DNA of 64,000 bases. It comes from a virus. The position numbers and the translations under genes are program-made. This document shows, piece by piece, positions 53,542 through 63,888 of the stretch. Below the pieces are notes generated by a model. The model was not told the DNA's origin. It worked only from the letters and a program-made list of their open reading frames with translations, and made no database searches. Position 1 is the stretch's first letter. Every line of letters begins with the position of its first letter. Location of the stretch: positions 42,980 through 106,979 of the IMG/VR virus record IMGVR_UViG_3300032020_000845; one strand, written 5' to 3'.

Positions 53542-53570
53542 AAACCACGACGTAGTTCGTGGGTTTTTAT
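53542..53570 (+). terminator. Intrinsic terminator
   Basis: CCACGA-CGTAGT-TCGTGG stem followed by GTTTTTAT. Confidence 0.65.
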
Positions 53571-53586
53571 TATGTAGGAGTAAAGT

Positions 53587-54186
53587 ATGAGTGAAGTAAT
53601 ATTTCTTGCAGTGACTCCCGACTCAGAAGAGTTGATTGAGGAAGCGGGAAGAACTGCTTATATGTCTTTTAATCAAAGAAAAGAGGGTAGTGAGAAGAAA
53701 TTTATTCGGATGATAATAAGGAGTGGGCATGAGTCTGTGTTAGAACATGCTTACGCTACTTTTAGATTTAAAGGAGTGTCTAGAGCATTTACCCATCAAT
53801 TGGTTAGACATAGACTTTGTGCTTTTACTCAAAAGTCCCAAAGACATGTGGATGAGTCTAATTTTGATTTTGTAATTCCTCCAAGTATCTCAGAAGACTC
53901 GGAAGGTAAAGAGAAATTTGAGGATACTATAAGAATGATTAGAGATGCTTATAATTTTCTTAGATATCAGGAAGGTATAAAGAAAGAAGATGCTAGGTTT
54001 ATCTTACCCAATGCAACAGAAACGGAGATTGTAGTTTCTGCTAATTTCAGACAATGGAGACACATGTTGAAGTTAAGAACTGACCCCAATGCTCAGTGGG
54101 AAATTAGAAAAGTGTTCAATAAGGTTTTGTTTATTCTAAAGGGGATAGCTCCGACGGTTTTTGAAGATTTTGAATGTGTAGAGTGA
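53587..54186 (+). CDS. thyX: Flavin-dependent thymidylate synthase
   Basis: GHESVLEH, SRAFTHQLVRHR-x7-SQR, EDARFILP, AQWEIR. Confidence 0.95.
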   Translation: MSEVIFLAVTPDSEELIEEAGRTAYMSFNQRKEGSEKKFIRMIIRSGHESVLEHAYATFRFKGVSRAFTHQLVRHRLCAFTQKSQRHVDESNFDFVIPPSISEDSEGKEKFEDTIRMIRDAYNFLRYQEGIKKEDARFILPNATETEIVVSANFRQWRHMLKLRTDPNAQWEIRKVFNKVLFILKGIAPTVFEDFECVE

Positions 54187-54208
54187 TTTTGAGAATAAGG
54201 AGAAATAA

Positions 54209-54385
54209 ATGAGTTGGAAGGTTGACTGTACTTCTTGTAAAAAGAGTTATGTAGTTGAGGAAATTTCAGATCCTCATAAAGGAATACTAATAAAAATAAA
54301 ACCATGCGAGGAATGCGGATCAGTTTGGGGGCTTGTTATAAAACATTTAAGGGGAAAAAGTGGGAGTAAACGGAAGAATAGTTGA
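54209..54385 (+). CDS. 58-aa zinc-ribbon protein
   Basis: SD AAGGAG; CTSC...CEECG. Confidence 0.5.
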   Translation: MSWKVDCTSCKKSYVVEEISDPHKGILIKIKPCEECGSVWGLVIKHLRGKSGSKRKNS

Positions 54386-54621
54386 AGGGGCTAGCGTTGA
54401 ATTGTTTAATTGTTCTGGATTAAAAGTAGAAGTAGAAATATTAAATAGGAATTGGAAAGAAGTTTGTGAAAAAGTGTCTCAAGCAAAAGTTTATGAAGGA
54501 ACTCACGGAATAGTTATTGAAGTTTTTGCAGGAGATAAACAAGCTTTAGTAAAATGGGTAACGGGATTAAAATGTAGAGTTCCGTTAGAGCACTTAAAAT
54601 TTGTACAGTAAAGGAGAAATC

Positions 54622-55077
54622 ATGAAAATATATTGTGCTCATCCTATAAGTGGATTGACATTTGACGAGGTAGAGTTGTATTACACAAATATTAAAACAT
54701 CATTAGAATCTGTTGGATTTGAAGTTTTCCATCCAATGACAGGAAAGTCTTATTTAAGAACATATACATTGGAAAGATTTAAGCCTGCAGATTATAAACA
54801 GCCAATAGCTTCTAATCATGCAATTTTTGAAAGAGATTGTTGGATGGTAAAACGATGCGATGTTTTTTATCTTGATTTAAGCGGGTCAGAATCTATTTCG
54901 ATAGGTTGTATTATGGAACTTTGTATAGCTTCTTATTTAGGAAAACATACAATAGTTGTTATGGACGAAAAAAATGTTCACAGACACGCTTTTGTAATGG
55001 AAGCAGCAGATATTGTATTTGATGAAATAGAAGCAGCATTAGAATATCTTGGAAAATTAATACTACAAAGGATTTAA
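54622..55077 (+). CDS. Nucleoside 2-deoxyribosyltransferase-like protein
   Basis: KIYCAHPISG, IFERD-x6-CD, SIGCIMEL; ATG at 54622 follows AAGGAG. Confidence 0.7.
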   Translation: MKIYCAHPISGLTFDEVELYYTNIKTSLESVGFEVFHPMTGKSYLRTYTLERFKPADYKQPIASNHAIFERDCWMVKRCDVFYLDLSGSESISIGCIMELCIASYLGKHTIVVMDEKNVHRHAFVMEAADIVFDEIEAALEYLGKLILQRI

Positions 55078-55924
55078 AAAAATGTGGTTAAGAATTTGTA
55101 ATAAAATATTGTATTTTTTTGTGAAATCTTTTTTGGAAAAGCCAATAAAAGAAAACGAATATGTTTATCCAAGTTATTATTTAAATTTTTGGTTAAGGAG
55201 AAAATGATGATAAAAATAAGGATTAGTGAGCATTTAAGAGAAGGGCAGAAATTACCAAAGGGTTATGGAGTTTCATATATAGATCATCTAACTTGTACTA
55301 TTGTTGCTTATCCATTTCCGTTAAACTATTTGGTTGCACTATTGCGGAATATATGGAATAAGGTAAGGAATTATTCATTGAAAAGAGAAGCTTTAGATGC
55401 TTTGTATAAAATCCAGCAAGAAAAAGATGAGCTTATTTCTTTAATTGATAAAGAAAAGGTAAGAGGACGTATAATATATTTGGTTAATAAATATTTAGAT
55501 GCGATTATGATTAGTTATTTAAAAAATAAAAACTATATCGAAAACTTAGTTGTAATAAAAAAAGAACTTGTAGATTCTGTTGTTGCTTTGATTTTTGAAG
55601 AGCAAAAAAGTAATGTTAGAAGTGAAAAGGAGGGAAAATAAAAATGACTCAAACAAAAGAGTTAAAAGAATTAGAAAAAATTAAAATGTCATTAGAAAAA
55701 TTTGAAAATACTTATTTTCTTAAAATTTATAAAGAACAAAAAGTAAGCTCAGAATTATTTGAATTAATGTGGATAGGAGAAGTTCCTAAAAAAATAATTA
55801 AAGGTCTTAATGAACCATTTAAAAAACCTTGTGAAGTTCAAATAGAGTTGGGATATTGTGCTAGGCATACTAAAGTGAAAGATTAATAAAGAACAACAAT
55901 CATTTTAAAATAAGGAGAAACAAA

Positions 55925-56188
55925 ATGAAGATCACCGACGTTAGAATTACATTAAGAGACGAACCAAAGCTAAAAGCTTTTGTAGATGTTACCTTTGACG
56001 ATGCTTTTGTAATTCATGGAATGAAAGTTATCGAAGGAACCCCAGATTATTTTGTTGCAATGCCTAATAGGAAAGGCAAAGACGGAAAATTTCGCGATAT
56101 CGCTCATCCTATAAACAATGATATGAGGAGTGAATTGGAAGAGGCCGTGTTAGAAGCTTATGAGAGAGTTTTGAAGGAGAAGAAATGA
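55925..56188 (+). CDS. spoVG: SpoVG family nucleic-acid-binding regulator
   Basis: MKITDVRI, LKAFVDVTFDDAFVIHG-x-KVIEG, FVAMP, FRDIAHPI. Confidence 0.92.
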   Translation: MKITDVRITLRDEPKLKAFVDVTFDDAFVIHGMKVIEGTPDYFVAMPNRKGKDGKFRDIAHPINNDMRSELEEAVLEAYERVLKEKK

Positions 56189-56415
56189 GATATAGAGAGG
56201 TTCAAGTGGGGATGAAAGTAGAGGTTGTTGGATGTAACCTTTCAAGACTTCCTTATGAAGCTCTTCCTTGGATAGGAACAAAAGGAAAGGTTGTTCAGAA
56301 AATCTCGAATAGGAGAACTCTCTACTATTATCCAATCTTTGTGAAGTTTAAAGGGGTGGGTTTTTCACTGCCTTTTAACCAACGAGAATTACGACAAGTA
56401 AAAAAGGAGTAAAAA

Positions 56416-56580
56416 ATGAATAGTTTATTTGTTTTAGCTACAAACATCTATCATTGTCCTGAGTGTGGACATGATCTGATTGTGTTTGGAGATCAATATA
56501 AATGTAGTAAGTGGAATTGTGGGAAAGTATACACCAAAGAGTTATATCGGAGAATAGTAGAATCAAGGAAAGATAAATGA
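56416..56580 (+). CDS. 54-aa zinc-ribbon protein
   Basis: SD AAGGAG; CPECG...C-x4-CG. Confidence 0.5.
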   Translation: MNSLFVLATNIYHCPECGHDLIVFGDQYKCSKWNCGKVYTKELYRRIVESRKDK

Positions 56581-57462
56581 AAAAGTGTAGATGTTGTGGT
56601 AATCCTCTTGAAATGTATGGAATAGCCGATGAATGGAGTAAGCCTTTATCTTTAGCAGAACAGATGGAATTGCGAGAAAAATATAAAAATTTTGACCTTG
56701 TTATGATCTCTGCTTATAGGTTTAGTGCAACTAATTTAGTATGCGTAAGATGTCTTGAAAGAGGTTGTAAATGTTATGGAAAAGATTTAGTTAATGTATT
56801 ATGAAATTAAATGCGTCAAGTATTATTGTTTTACATACTGAATCTAATAAGATAGGTTTTATTCTTGGTTTTATTATAACAACTCATGATCCATTACAAA
56901 ACCGTGTCGTAATTAGGTGGGAAACCGGAGACATAGTAGAATATTATTTTAAATCTGAACTAGGAAGTGCTTATTTTAAAAAAACCATTAAAATTATGAG
57001 TACTTCTGATCTTATAGATTACGATCTTAAAAAATATGAAAAAGTATGGAAAAGATTAGCGAAGTTATAAATTGGAGACAAGAAAATGTTTAGGAAATAT
57101 ATAACAAATGCAAAACTTATGGATTATAATGTTAAAGGGCAGCTTGTTATATTGACCTTTTTGTTACCTGATAATACTACAGGAATGACAATAAGAGTAG
57201 GCCCTAGATATGAAAAATTACAGAAAATGGTAGGGCGGTGGATGCAGGTGGAAGTTTGTTGTAATGTAGGAACAGAAATATCATTTGAATATTTTAAAAA
57301 GGCTTTTAAGGATGTGATGGGTAGAGACCCCTCTATAACGGTAAATGATCATAAAAATACTATTCTTGTTTCTCCTACTTTTTTTGATTTAAAAGAGTGT
57401 TGTAAAAAATGTGGTAGATTTTACAAAGTTTATTGTAAAAATTGTTATCCAGGAATAAAAAA

Positions 57463-58071
57463 ATGATTTTTAATTTTTTTAAATCAGCATTTAATTCAGA
57501 AAGAAAATTATCAAAAGAAGGACCTGCACCAAATCTTAATTTTACAGATGTTAGGGATACTTTATTTAGAGAAATTCATTCTACTCGAAAATGGAATCAA
57601 CGAAATCTAAATACTATAAAGAAAATAATAGTTCACCATTCCGCAGAACTTTGTGCAGAAGGCGAAGGATTACAAAAAATAAAAGAAATAACTAAATATG
57701 ATATTAGTCCTGGAAATCATATTTCACCAAATGGATGTCCCGGAATTGTGTATCATTGGATGATAGATAGAGACGGATATATATACAAAACAAGTGACCA
57801 AGCAAATATAACTTGGCATTGTAAAGGCCAAAATAGAGTTGGGGTTGGTATATGCTTATTAGGAAATTTTGTTAAAGAAAAGTCGCATTTTATCCTCGGA
57901 CAACAGGTTCCTGCTCAAATTCAACTAACATCATTAGATATGTTGCTTTATTATTTAGCAGATAGACTAAATTTACGAAAACAAGATATTTTCGCACATA
58001 GAGAATATTGTAATACTATTTGCCCTGGATTAGATGTGTATAATTATATAAAAAGAAGGAGAACAGTATGA
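57463..58071 (+). CDS. N-acetylmuramoyl-L-alanine amidase (Amidase_2), probable endolysin
   Basis: IIVHHSA, YHWMI-x3-G, WHCKGQN, GICLLGNF, AHRE-x4-ICPG. Confidence 0.88.
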   Translation: MIFNFFKSAFNSERKLSKEGPAPNLNFTDVRDTLFREIHSTRKWNQRNLNTIKKIIVHHSAELCAEGEGLQKIKEITKYDISPGNHISPNGCPGIVYHWMIDRDGYIYKTSDQANITWHCKGQNRVGVGICLLGNFVKEKSHFILGQQVPAQIQLTSLDMLLYYLADRLNLRKQDIFAHREYCNTICPGLDVYNYIKRRRTV

Positions 58072-58409
58072 ATGGCAAATTAATATTGGACATTCTTTTT
58101 TATATTTCTGGTGGACTAATAACGTGTGCATTCTTTTTATGGTGTTTTGGTTGTTTAGATTATTTTCGAACTTTAATAGAGGAGCAAAAAGGGAAACTTT
58201 CTTTAGGAAGGATTTCTTTTTGGGCTGCCTTTATTTGTGCAGTAAGAAGTTTTTGGATTTCGGGAGATGTTTCCTACCCTGCAGTTTCTTTGGTATTAGG
58301 ATTAGCAGCATATGGAATGGGCAAGAAATATATACGAAGTAAGTATTATAAAAATGAGTTAGACATTACTAATGGGGCTCCTTCTGAGGATGAACAGTAT
58401 GGTGATTAA
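58068..58409 (+). CDS. Holin-like membrane protein
   Basis: Two to three TM segments and a charged tail; overlaps the amidase stop. Confidence 0.5.
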   Translation: MNGKLILDILFYISGGLITCAFFLWCFGCLDYFRTLIEEQKGKLSLGRISFWAAFICAVRSFWISGDVSYPAVSLVLGLAAYGMGKKYIRSKYYKNELDITNGAPSEDEQYGD

Positions 58410-59023
58410 AGGAGAAAAAAATGAAAAATCAAAATCCATTTTATTTTAATTACGTTTTCAAGAAAGAAGATTGTTTACGAATTCCTCCTAGAATCAGGTG
58501 GATTGATAAGTTATGGTTTTGGCTTTTCTCAACAAAAGTACAGATAAATGACGGTTATGTGTTCTTTTTTAAAGTTGTAGGTAGTAAATATTATCTTTTG
58601 AAGATTGAAAAAGGAAAAGAAAAATGAACCAAGGAATGTGTTGTAAAAATAAGCGTAGTAGATGGACCAAGTTTTGGAATAATTTATGGAATAAATTGTT
58701 TGGAGAAATTCCTAATTGGCATGAGTTTGTTGTACTTAAGAAAATTAAGAATTTAAAAGGGGAAACAGAAAATCTATACGTTGCAGAATTTTTAAATGAC
58801 TCTTATGAAATAGGAATTGGCTTTCCAGATAAATGGCTTGTTATTTTGAGAAGAGAATATTTTCACAAACTAATTCTTTGGTATATATGGAGATGGATTT
58901 GGGGAGAATGGTTTGGATTAAGACGCTGGTTATTCTATAAATTTTTAAGTTTACGTGTAAAAAAATATAGTAAATTTGGCAAATTGTAGTAAAAAAAGAA
59001 ATTAAAAAAGGGAGGTGATTTTT

Positions 59024-59167
59024 GTGGCTTTCGGGACCAAGAAGATTTCTTTTAAAGGATGTTCGGAGAGTGTGGAACAGGTGTTTGGGAAGGAACCTAT
59101 CCCAACATCTCAGTTAATGAAGAAGATCTGGGACTTTATCAAGGCTAAAGATTTATACGTCAAGTAG
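59024..59167 (+). CDS. 47-aa SWIB/MDM2-like mini-protein
   Basis: SD GGAGGTG, GTG start; MAFGTKKISFKGCSESVEQVFGKEPIPTSQLMKKIWDFIKAKDLYVK. Not in the ORF track. Confidence 0.65.
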   Translation: MAFGTKKISFKGCSESVEQVFGKEPIPTSQLMKKIWDFIKAKDLYVK

Positions 59168-59230
59168 TTTTGTAAGGAGTATGAAAGAATGTTGGAGATT
59201 TATTAAAATGGTAAGAAAGGGGAAAATTAA

Positions 59231-59692
59231 ATGAAAAACGTAAAAGATTTAAAAGGAGGTGAAAAAAGAATGAATAAAATGAGTGAATATATCCGCAAAT
59301 TAGTTGCTCAGGGGTTTTCTTTAGAAGGAGCTTCGGTTTTGGCTCGGAGAGGTTTTAAAATGTTAGTGCTAGGTAGCCTATTAGCAATTTTGACTATGGT
59401 AGTGGTTTGTGGAAAAAATTCTGTAACTCAACCTGTTGTAACCGCTCCGGATTCTATAATTCAGAAACTAACTCTAAATACTGCTCCTGCTCCAAATGCA
59501 GAAACTCAAATATGGACACACAAAGGAGACACACAATTTAGAATGTATGTGGTAAGTTCTACAGAGGAATATGTTATTACTGGAATTAGAATTGATGGTA
59601 GCGATTATTGGTATGCTATGCAGATGACTATGGTTACTTACAAAATGTTAGTAGCTGAGTGTACAGATCAGTTGTTAATTGCTGGTCAATGA
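59231..59692 (+). CDS. Membrane-anchored or lipoprotein-like hypothetical protein
   Basis: Hydrophobic segment ending VVV-C-GKNS. Confidence 0.5.
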   Translation: MKNVKDLKGGEKRMNKMSEYIRKLVAQGFSLEGASVLARRGFKMLVLGSLLAILTMVVVCGKNSVTQPVVTAPDSIIQKLTLNTAPAPNAETQIWTHKGDTQFRMYVVSSTEEYVITGIRIDGSDYWYAMQMTMVTYKMLVAECTDQLLIAGQ

Positions 59693-59712
59693 TGTAAAAG
59701 AAAGGAGTTTTA

Positions 59713-60168
59713 GTGGAGTGGAAGAAAGTTGGAATCATAGTTTGGATTTTATTAATAATTGTTGTTGTATTTTTACTACAATTACAGCAAATGAAAACAA
59801 ATGAGACTGTAAATCAACTTAAAAAAGACTCTACTCAAAGTGAATGTTTCTGTAAAGAATTTAGCTTTTCTACTAAACAAGTGTTTTTGATAACGGCGTA
59901 TGTTTCTATTGACACTGTAGAAAACAGATTGTCAGGATTAAATGTTTTAGGAAATAAAGCAGTTCCCTGGAAAACATGCGCCGTTGATCCAAACGTAATT
60001 CTTTTAGGTAGTTGGGTATGGGTAGAAGGATATGGATGGTTTTTAGCAGAAGACACCGGAAATTTAGTAAAAGGACAAATGATAGACTTGTGCGTTGAAA
60101 CAAAAGAACAAGCAAAAGAAATAGGAATACGTTTTGCAAAAGTAGTAGTAATGTATAAGGAGAAGTAA
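59713..60168 (+). CDS. 3D-domain (MltA-like) cell-wall protein with N-terminal TM anchor
   Basis: ITAY, AVDPNVILLGS, AEDTG-x2-VKG-x2-IDL. Confidence 0.85.
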   Translation: MEWKKVGIIVWILLIIVVVFLLQLQQMKTNETVNQLKKDSTQSECFCKEFSFSTKQVFLITAYVSIDTVENRLSGLNVLGNKAVPWKTCAVDPNVILLGSWVWVEGYGWFLAEDTGNLVKGQMIDLCVETKEQAKEIGIRFAKVVVMYKEK

Positions 60169-60439
60169 AATGAAAAGGCAACATAAACGGTTTACAATTG
60201 AATCTTTTATCCAGCAGGCTAAAGAAATTGGTAAGGAACAACAAAAACATAAAGATCGAATAAAACAAAAGAAAATTTTTGATAATACAGCAAAGCAGGC
60301 CGAAAAAGTTAAAAAATTGATGGTAAAAGAGATTGATAATCCAAAAGAAATAGAAAGTTACTTAAAAGGTACAAAAAAGTATAAAAAGGAACAATTGGGA
60401 AATATATACCAAGAAGAGTTATCGAAAAGGAAATAAAAA

Positions 60440-60838
60440 ATGACTGAAGGTGAGATAAAGCCACAAGATAGGCCCACCACTTTAACTGGGATCACCGATA
60501 AGATTAAAACCGGTTACGGAAATCTTTATGTTACCATAAATGTCTTAAATGGAAAGCCTTTTGAGGTCTTTGCCCAGATAGGTAAATCGGGCTATTCCAC
60601 TATGGCCGATACAGAGGCAATCTGTCGGCTGATCTCTTTAGCGTTGAGGTCTGGAATCGGGGTGGATAAAATTATCGAACAACTAGTTGGAATAGGAGGT
60701 TCTTCCCCTGTAAATTTTCCGGAGGGCGGTCTGATAATGTCAATACCAGATGCTATTGCCAAGGTTTTAAACAAGCATTTCGGGGATGGGAAGAACTTTA
60801 AGAATTTATTGAAAAAGGATACAGAAAATTTAAAGTAA
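60440..60838 (+). CDS. Stand-alone TSCPD domain (class II RNR C-terminal region)
   Basis: RP-x2-L-x-G-x-T-x-KIKTG-x-GNLYVTIN, PFEVF, GKSG, EAICRLISLALRSG, SIPDAIA. Confidence 0.85.
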   Translation: MTEGEIKPQDRPTTLTGITDKIKTGYGNLYVTINVLNGKPFEVFAQIGKSGYSTMADTEAICRLISLALRSGIGVDKIIEQLVGIGGSSPVNFPEGGLIMSIPDAIAKVLNKHFGDGKNFKNLLKKDTENLK

Positions 60839-60853
60839 AGGAAGAGTAATAGA

Positions 60854-61123
60854 ATGAAAAAAGTAAATAAGTTTGGCCTTGTTTTTACAAAAGAATCATT
60901 TCCAGAATTTATACCTTTTGGTAAAAAAACTATTACTAAGGATATTTATTCTATCACTATAAAAGATAACTTGGACAAATTAAATACATTTGGGCAAGGA
61001 GCAACTCCAGAAGAAGCATTAGGAAAGCTCAAAAGATCCTTTGATAGTTTTATTGACTACATATTTTATAAATACAAAATTATAAACGATAACTCGGAAA
61101 AGAAGGAGAAAAGAAGGAAGTAA
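60854..61123 (+). CDS. HicB-like small protein
   Basis: FGQGATPEEALGKL motif. Confidence 0.35.
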   Translation: MKKVNKFGLVFTKESFPEFIPFGKKTITKDIYSITIKDNLDKLNTFGQGATPEEALGKLKRSFDSFIDYIFYKYKIINDNSEKKEKRRK

Positions 61124-61817
61124 AGAATAGAAAGAAGTTTTACAAAAGAATAGTAAAGTATAGTTATAAAGGAGGGTTAAATGCCCAAAAAAAGTCAGGT
61201 AAAAATTCAAAAACTAAAGACAGTATTGTTACTTGGGGGAATAACTACAAATGAATTAAGACCAGACAAAGAGTATTTGGTAGTATTATATTGTAGTTAT
61301 AAAATTTAAGTGAGAAATAGAAAAGGAAGGTAAGAAAATGGGAATAGAATGTCAAATTTGTGGTAGTGTTTTATTAGTAAAAGCAGAAGAACATTGGGAA
61401 TGTTCTATTGAGTCTAATTCGGGAATTTTAATTCTTGCTGGAGCAACGTCAATACTAGAAAGTCATTTCGAGGTTGTTTGTTCTAAAGACCCAGAACACG
61501 ACACTGGGTATTATTATAATCCTACAGTTCAACGAGTAATAGGAAGCAAAAGCGGAAGTGCTGATAGGTAAAAATCTAGTTTCCTAATTTCGAGTTAGTT
61601 CGATGAAAAAGGAAAATCATAAAAATAGGAAAGTAAGAAAGAAAAAGTAAAGTAAAGAGGAAAGGAGTAAAATGGATTGGTTAAATGTAGTTTCTATTTG
61701 CTGTTTATTAACCTTGTATGGTTTGGTTTGGTACTATTGTATAAGGAAAGAATAAAAGGAATTACAAAAATCTTGACCAATAGACATATAAACAAGACAA
61801 AAGGTATTAAATAAATT

Positions 61818-61850
61818 GAATCACCCTACAAAAGGGGTGATTCTTTTATT
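61818..61850 (+). terminator. Intrinsic terminator
   Basis: GAATCACCC...GGGTGATTC stem followed by TTTTATT. Confidence 0.8.
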
Positions 61851-62199
61851 TTAAGACAAGGTTATTATTTAATGTTAGACAAGGGGAGGAAAGTAAGTAT
61901 AATTGGGTTATACTAAACCCTTTATTGACAATATTGGGAATAAATTTTATAGATAAGAAGGGTAAATGGGGGGATTGAATAAGGGTTGAAAAAAGACAGT
62001 AGACAGTTTACAAGTGATAAGGGTAGCGAGAAATAGGGGTAGTGGAAAGAGTAATAAGGAGTTTAGGGGGGTGGGATTACGGTGAAAAGGCAAATGTGCA
62101 CATCTTAAATTTTTTTGTGCAATTTCAAGAAAAGTTTTCAAGATAGAAAACAAAGGGTTTTTGGGAAAAAAGTTTTTTTATGCTCCTAACTTGTTTAAA

Positions 62200-62216
62200 T
62201 TGTGTATAATATATTA
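62200..62216 (+). promoter_or_regulatory. Recurrent promoter motif TTGTGTATAATATATTA
   Basis: Exact copy upstream of ORF 62241. Confidence 0.7.
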
Positions 62217-62240
62217 GAAGGTAAAAGAAGAAGGTGTTAA

Positions 62241-62684
62241 ATGAAGATTACTAATAAACAATTTAGAGAATATTTAAACAAAGCTTTTCCTATTAAGGAA
62301 AATGTAAAGGTAGGAGGTGAAAGACCAGGAGGATTTGGAAACATTAAAAGAAAGTATGGAGACTACCTTTGGTTTCAGGATCGTGATATTTTCAATGATA
62401 TGCTTAGAAGAGTAGAGGAAGGAGAAATTTTAGAAATAGCTGAATTCCAATTTATTAATAAAGAAAAAGAATTATTAAGCCTTTTTAAACAACTTGGAGA
62501 TACTCTGAACACAAAAGAGATAGGAAAAAAGCTTGGAATATCGACAAAAGAAGCATATAAGCTTTGTTGTTGTTGTAACCAATTAGTAAGGTATGGATAT
62601 AAGGTAAAGGATGGTTGGGAAGATCCAGAATACTCGAAGAGAAAACCTTGTTCATTATATTGGCAACGGGTGCTAGAAGAATAA
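62241..62684 (+). CDS. Hypothetical protein with C-terminal HTH
   Basis: TKEIGKKLGISTKEAYK. Confidence 0.55.
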   Translation: MKITNKQFREYLNKAFPIKENVKVGGERPGGFGNIKRKYGDYLWFQDRDIFNDMLRRVEEGEILEIAEFQFINKEKELLSLFKQLGDTLNTKEIGKKLGISTKEAYKLCCCCNQLVRYGYKVKDGWEDPEYSKRKPCSLYWQRVLEE

Positions 62685-62708
62685 AAAATCCTATAATCTG
62701 TCAAACAT

Positions 62709-62725
62709 TTGTGTATAATAGATTA
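62709..62725 (+). promoter_or_regulatory. Recurrent promoter motif TTGTGTATAATAGATTA
   Basis: One mismatch to the consensus; followed by SD AAGGAGG and ATG at 62742. Confidence 0.65.
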
Positions 62726-62982
62726 AGGAAAGGAGGATTAAATGTATTTAGTAATTACCCAGAAGTCTGACTCTAGTGGTTCTTTAGTAACCTTTGTCCT
62801 TTATAATACTAGAGAAGAGACAGAGAAATTTTGTAAAGAGCATAATGCTCTGTGTTGCAGAGTGTATGAATTAACAAAAGGATGTATAGCTAAAGGTGAT
62901 GGAACGTTTGAATTAAAAGAATTAATAGCTCCCCACAATTAACTAACGCAAGGCGAAATGTAAGGTAGAAAGGAGAAATAAA

Positions 62983-63141
62983 ATGTCTAATATGAGTTAT
63001 TGTAGATTCCAAAATACTCTTCCAGATTTAGAGGATTGTGCGGATCATATGGAGGATACTGATTTGAGTCCAGAAGAGGAAGCAGCGAAAGCGCGATTGA
63101 TTGATGTGTGTATATCGATTGCCGCAGCTTTCGAAGGCTAA
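62983..63141 (+). CDS. 52-aa small phage protein (MSNMSYCRF type)
   Basis: SD AAGGAG; MSNMSYCRFQNTLPDLEDC. Confidence 0.6.
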   Translation: MSNMSYCRFQNTLPDLEDCADHMEDTDLSPEEEAAKARLIDVCISIAAAFEG

Positions 63142-63453
63142 AAGGAAATAAAGGTGGCAAAGAAAACTTATCGTATAACAGTTAAACGCAGTTTGCACAA
63201 GTCTTTTCTTTTAAATGAATTGAAAGCTTGGGGTGTGCTACCCTCTTCTTATCAGGTTGAAGGGGACATTATAACTACTCAGGATAAAAACGTAGTCGAT
63301 GTGACTACGGAGACCTTTTGGAAACATCCTGAGTTGATTGAAATAAAAGTAGAGAAGGAAAAGGATAGTGTTCCTGGAATGATTAAAAGGGAAGTGAAGA
63401 GAATAAAAAGAGCAATTAGGAGAAAAGCTTTTAGAAAGGAAAAGGAACAATAA

Positions 63454-63888
63454 ATGACTTGCGCAGAAGTTTTTGAGGATCTGAAAAAGAAGTGTCAAGA
63501 AAGAGGCATTTTATTTGTTGAAGTAAATAATGGGTTTAATAAAGTGTGTGGGGAAATTCATACAAAATTTTATAATAAGTTTCAAAGAATGAAAACTTTA
63601 AGAATTGAGTTAAGAGGAAACGGAGGAGTTGTTGAAAAATTAATTTCTACTCTTCACGAGTTGGGACATGAAAAGGTTAATTTGTTGTTATCTCCATGTG
63701 ACAGAATGGTAAGACATTTAGCACCAACCCAAGAGGCGATAATAAAAGAAGAAAAAGCTGCTTGGGATTGTGCTTGGGAATTAGCAGTTCAGTATGAATT
63801 AGATAAGAGTAATAATTTTAGAAAAAGATTTCGAAGTATAAAAGAAGATTGTTTAGCAACTTATGAAAGGAGAATATTATGGAGTTAG
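63454..63888 (+). CDS. HExxH metallopeptidase-like protein (ImmA/IrrE-like)
   Basis: LHELGH...EEKAAW. Confidence 0.55.
   Translation: MTCAEVFEDLKKKCQERGILFVEVNNGFNKVCGEIHTKFYNKFQRMKTLRIELRGNGGVVEKLISTLHELGHEKVNLLLSPCDRMVRHLAPTQEAIIKEEKAAWDCAWELAVQYELDKSNNFRKRFRSIKEDCLATYERRILWS

Noticed and set aside
3347-63498. All minus-strand ORFs in the track, and short + strand ORFs nested in genes (e.g. 37763-37969, 58124-58342)
   Set aside because: Nearly all overlap well-supported + strand genes, show no recognisable motifs, and have the F/S/L/I-rich composition expected of shadow frames.
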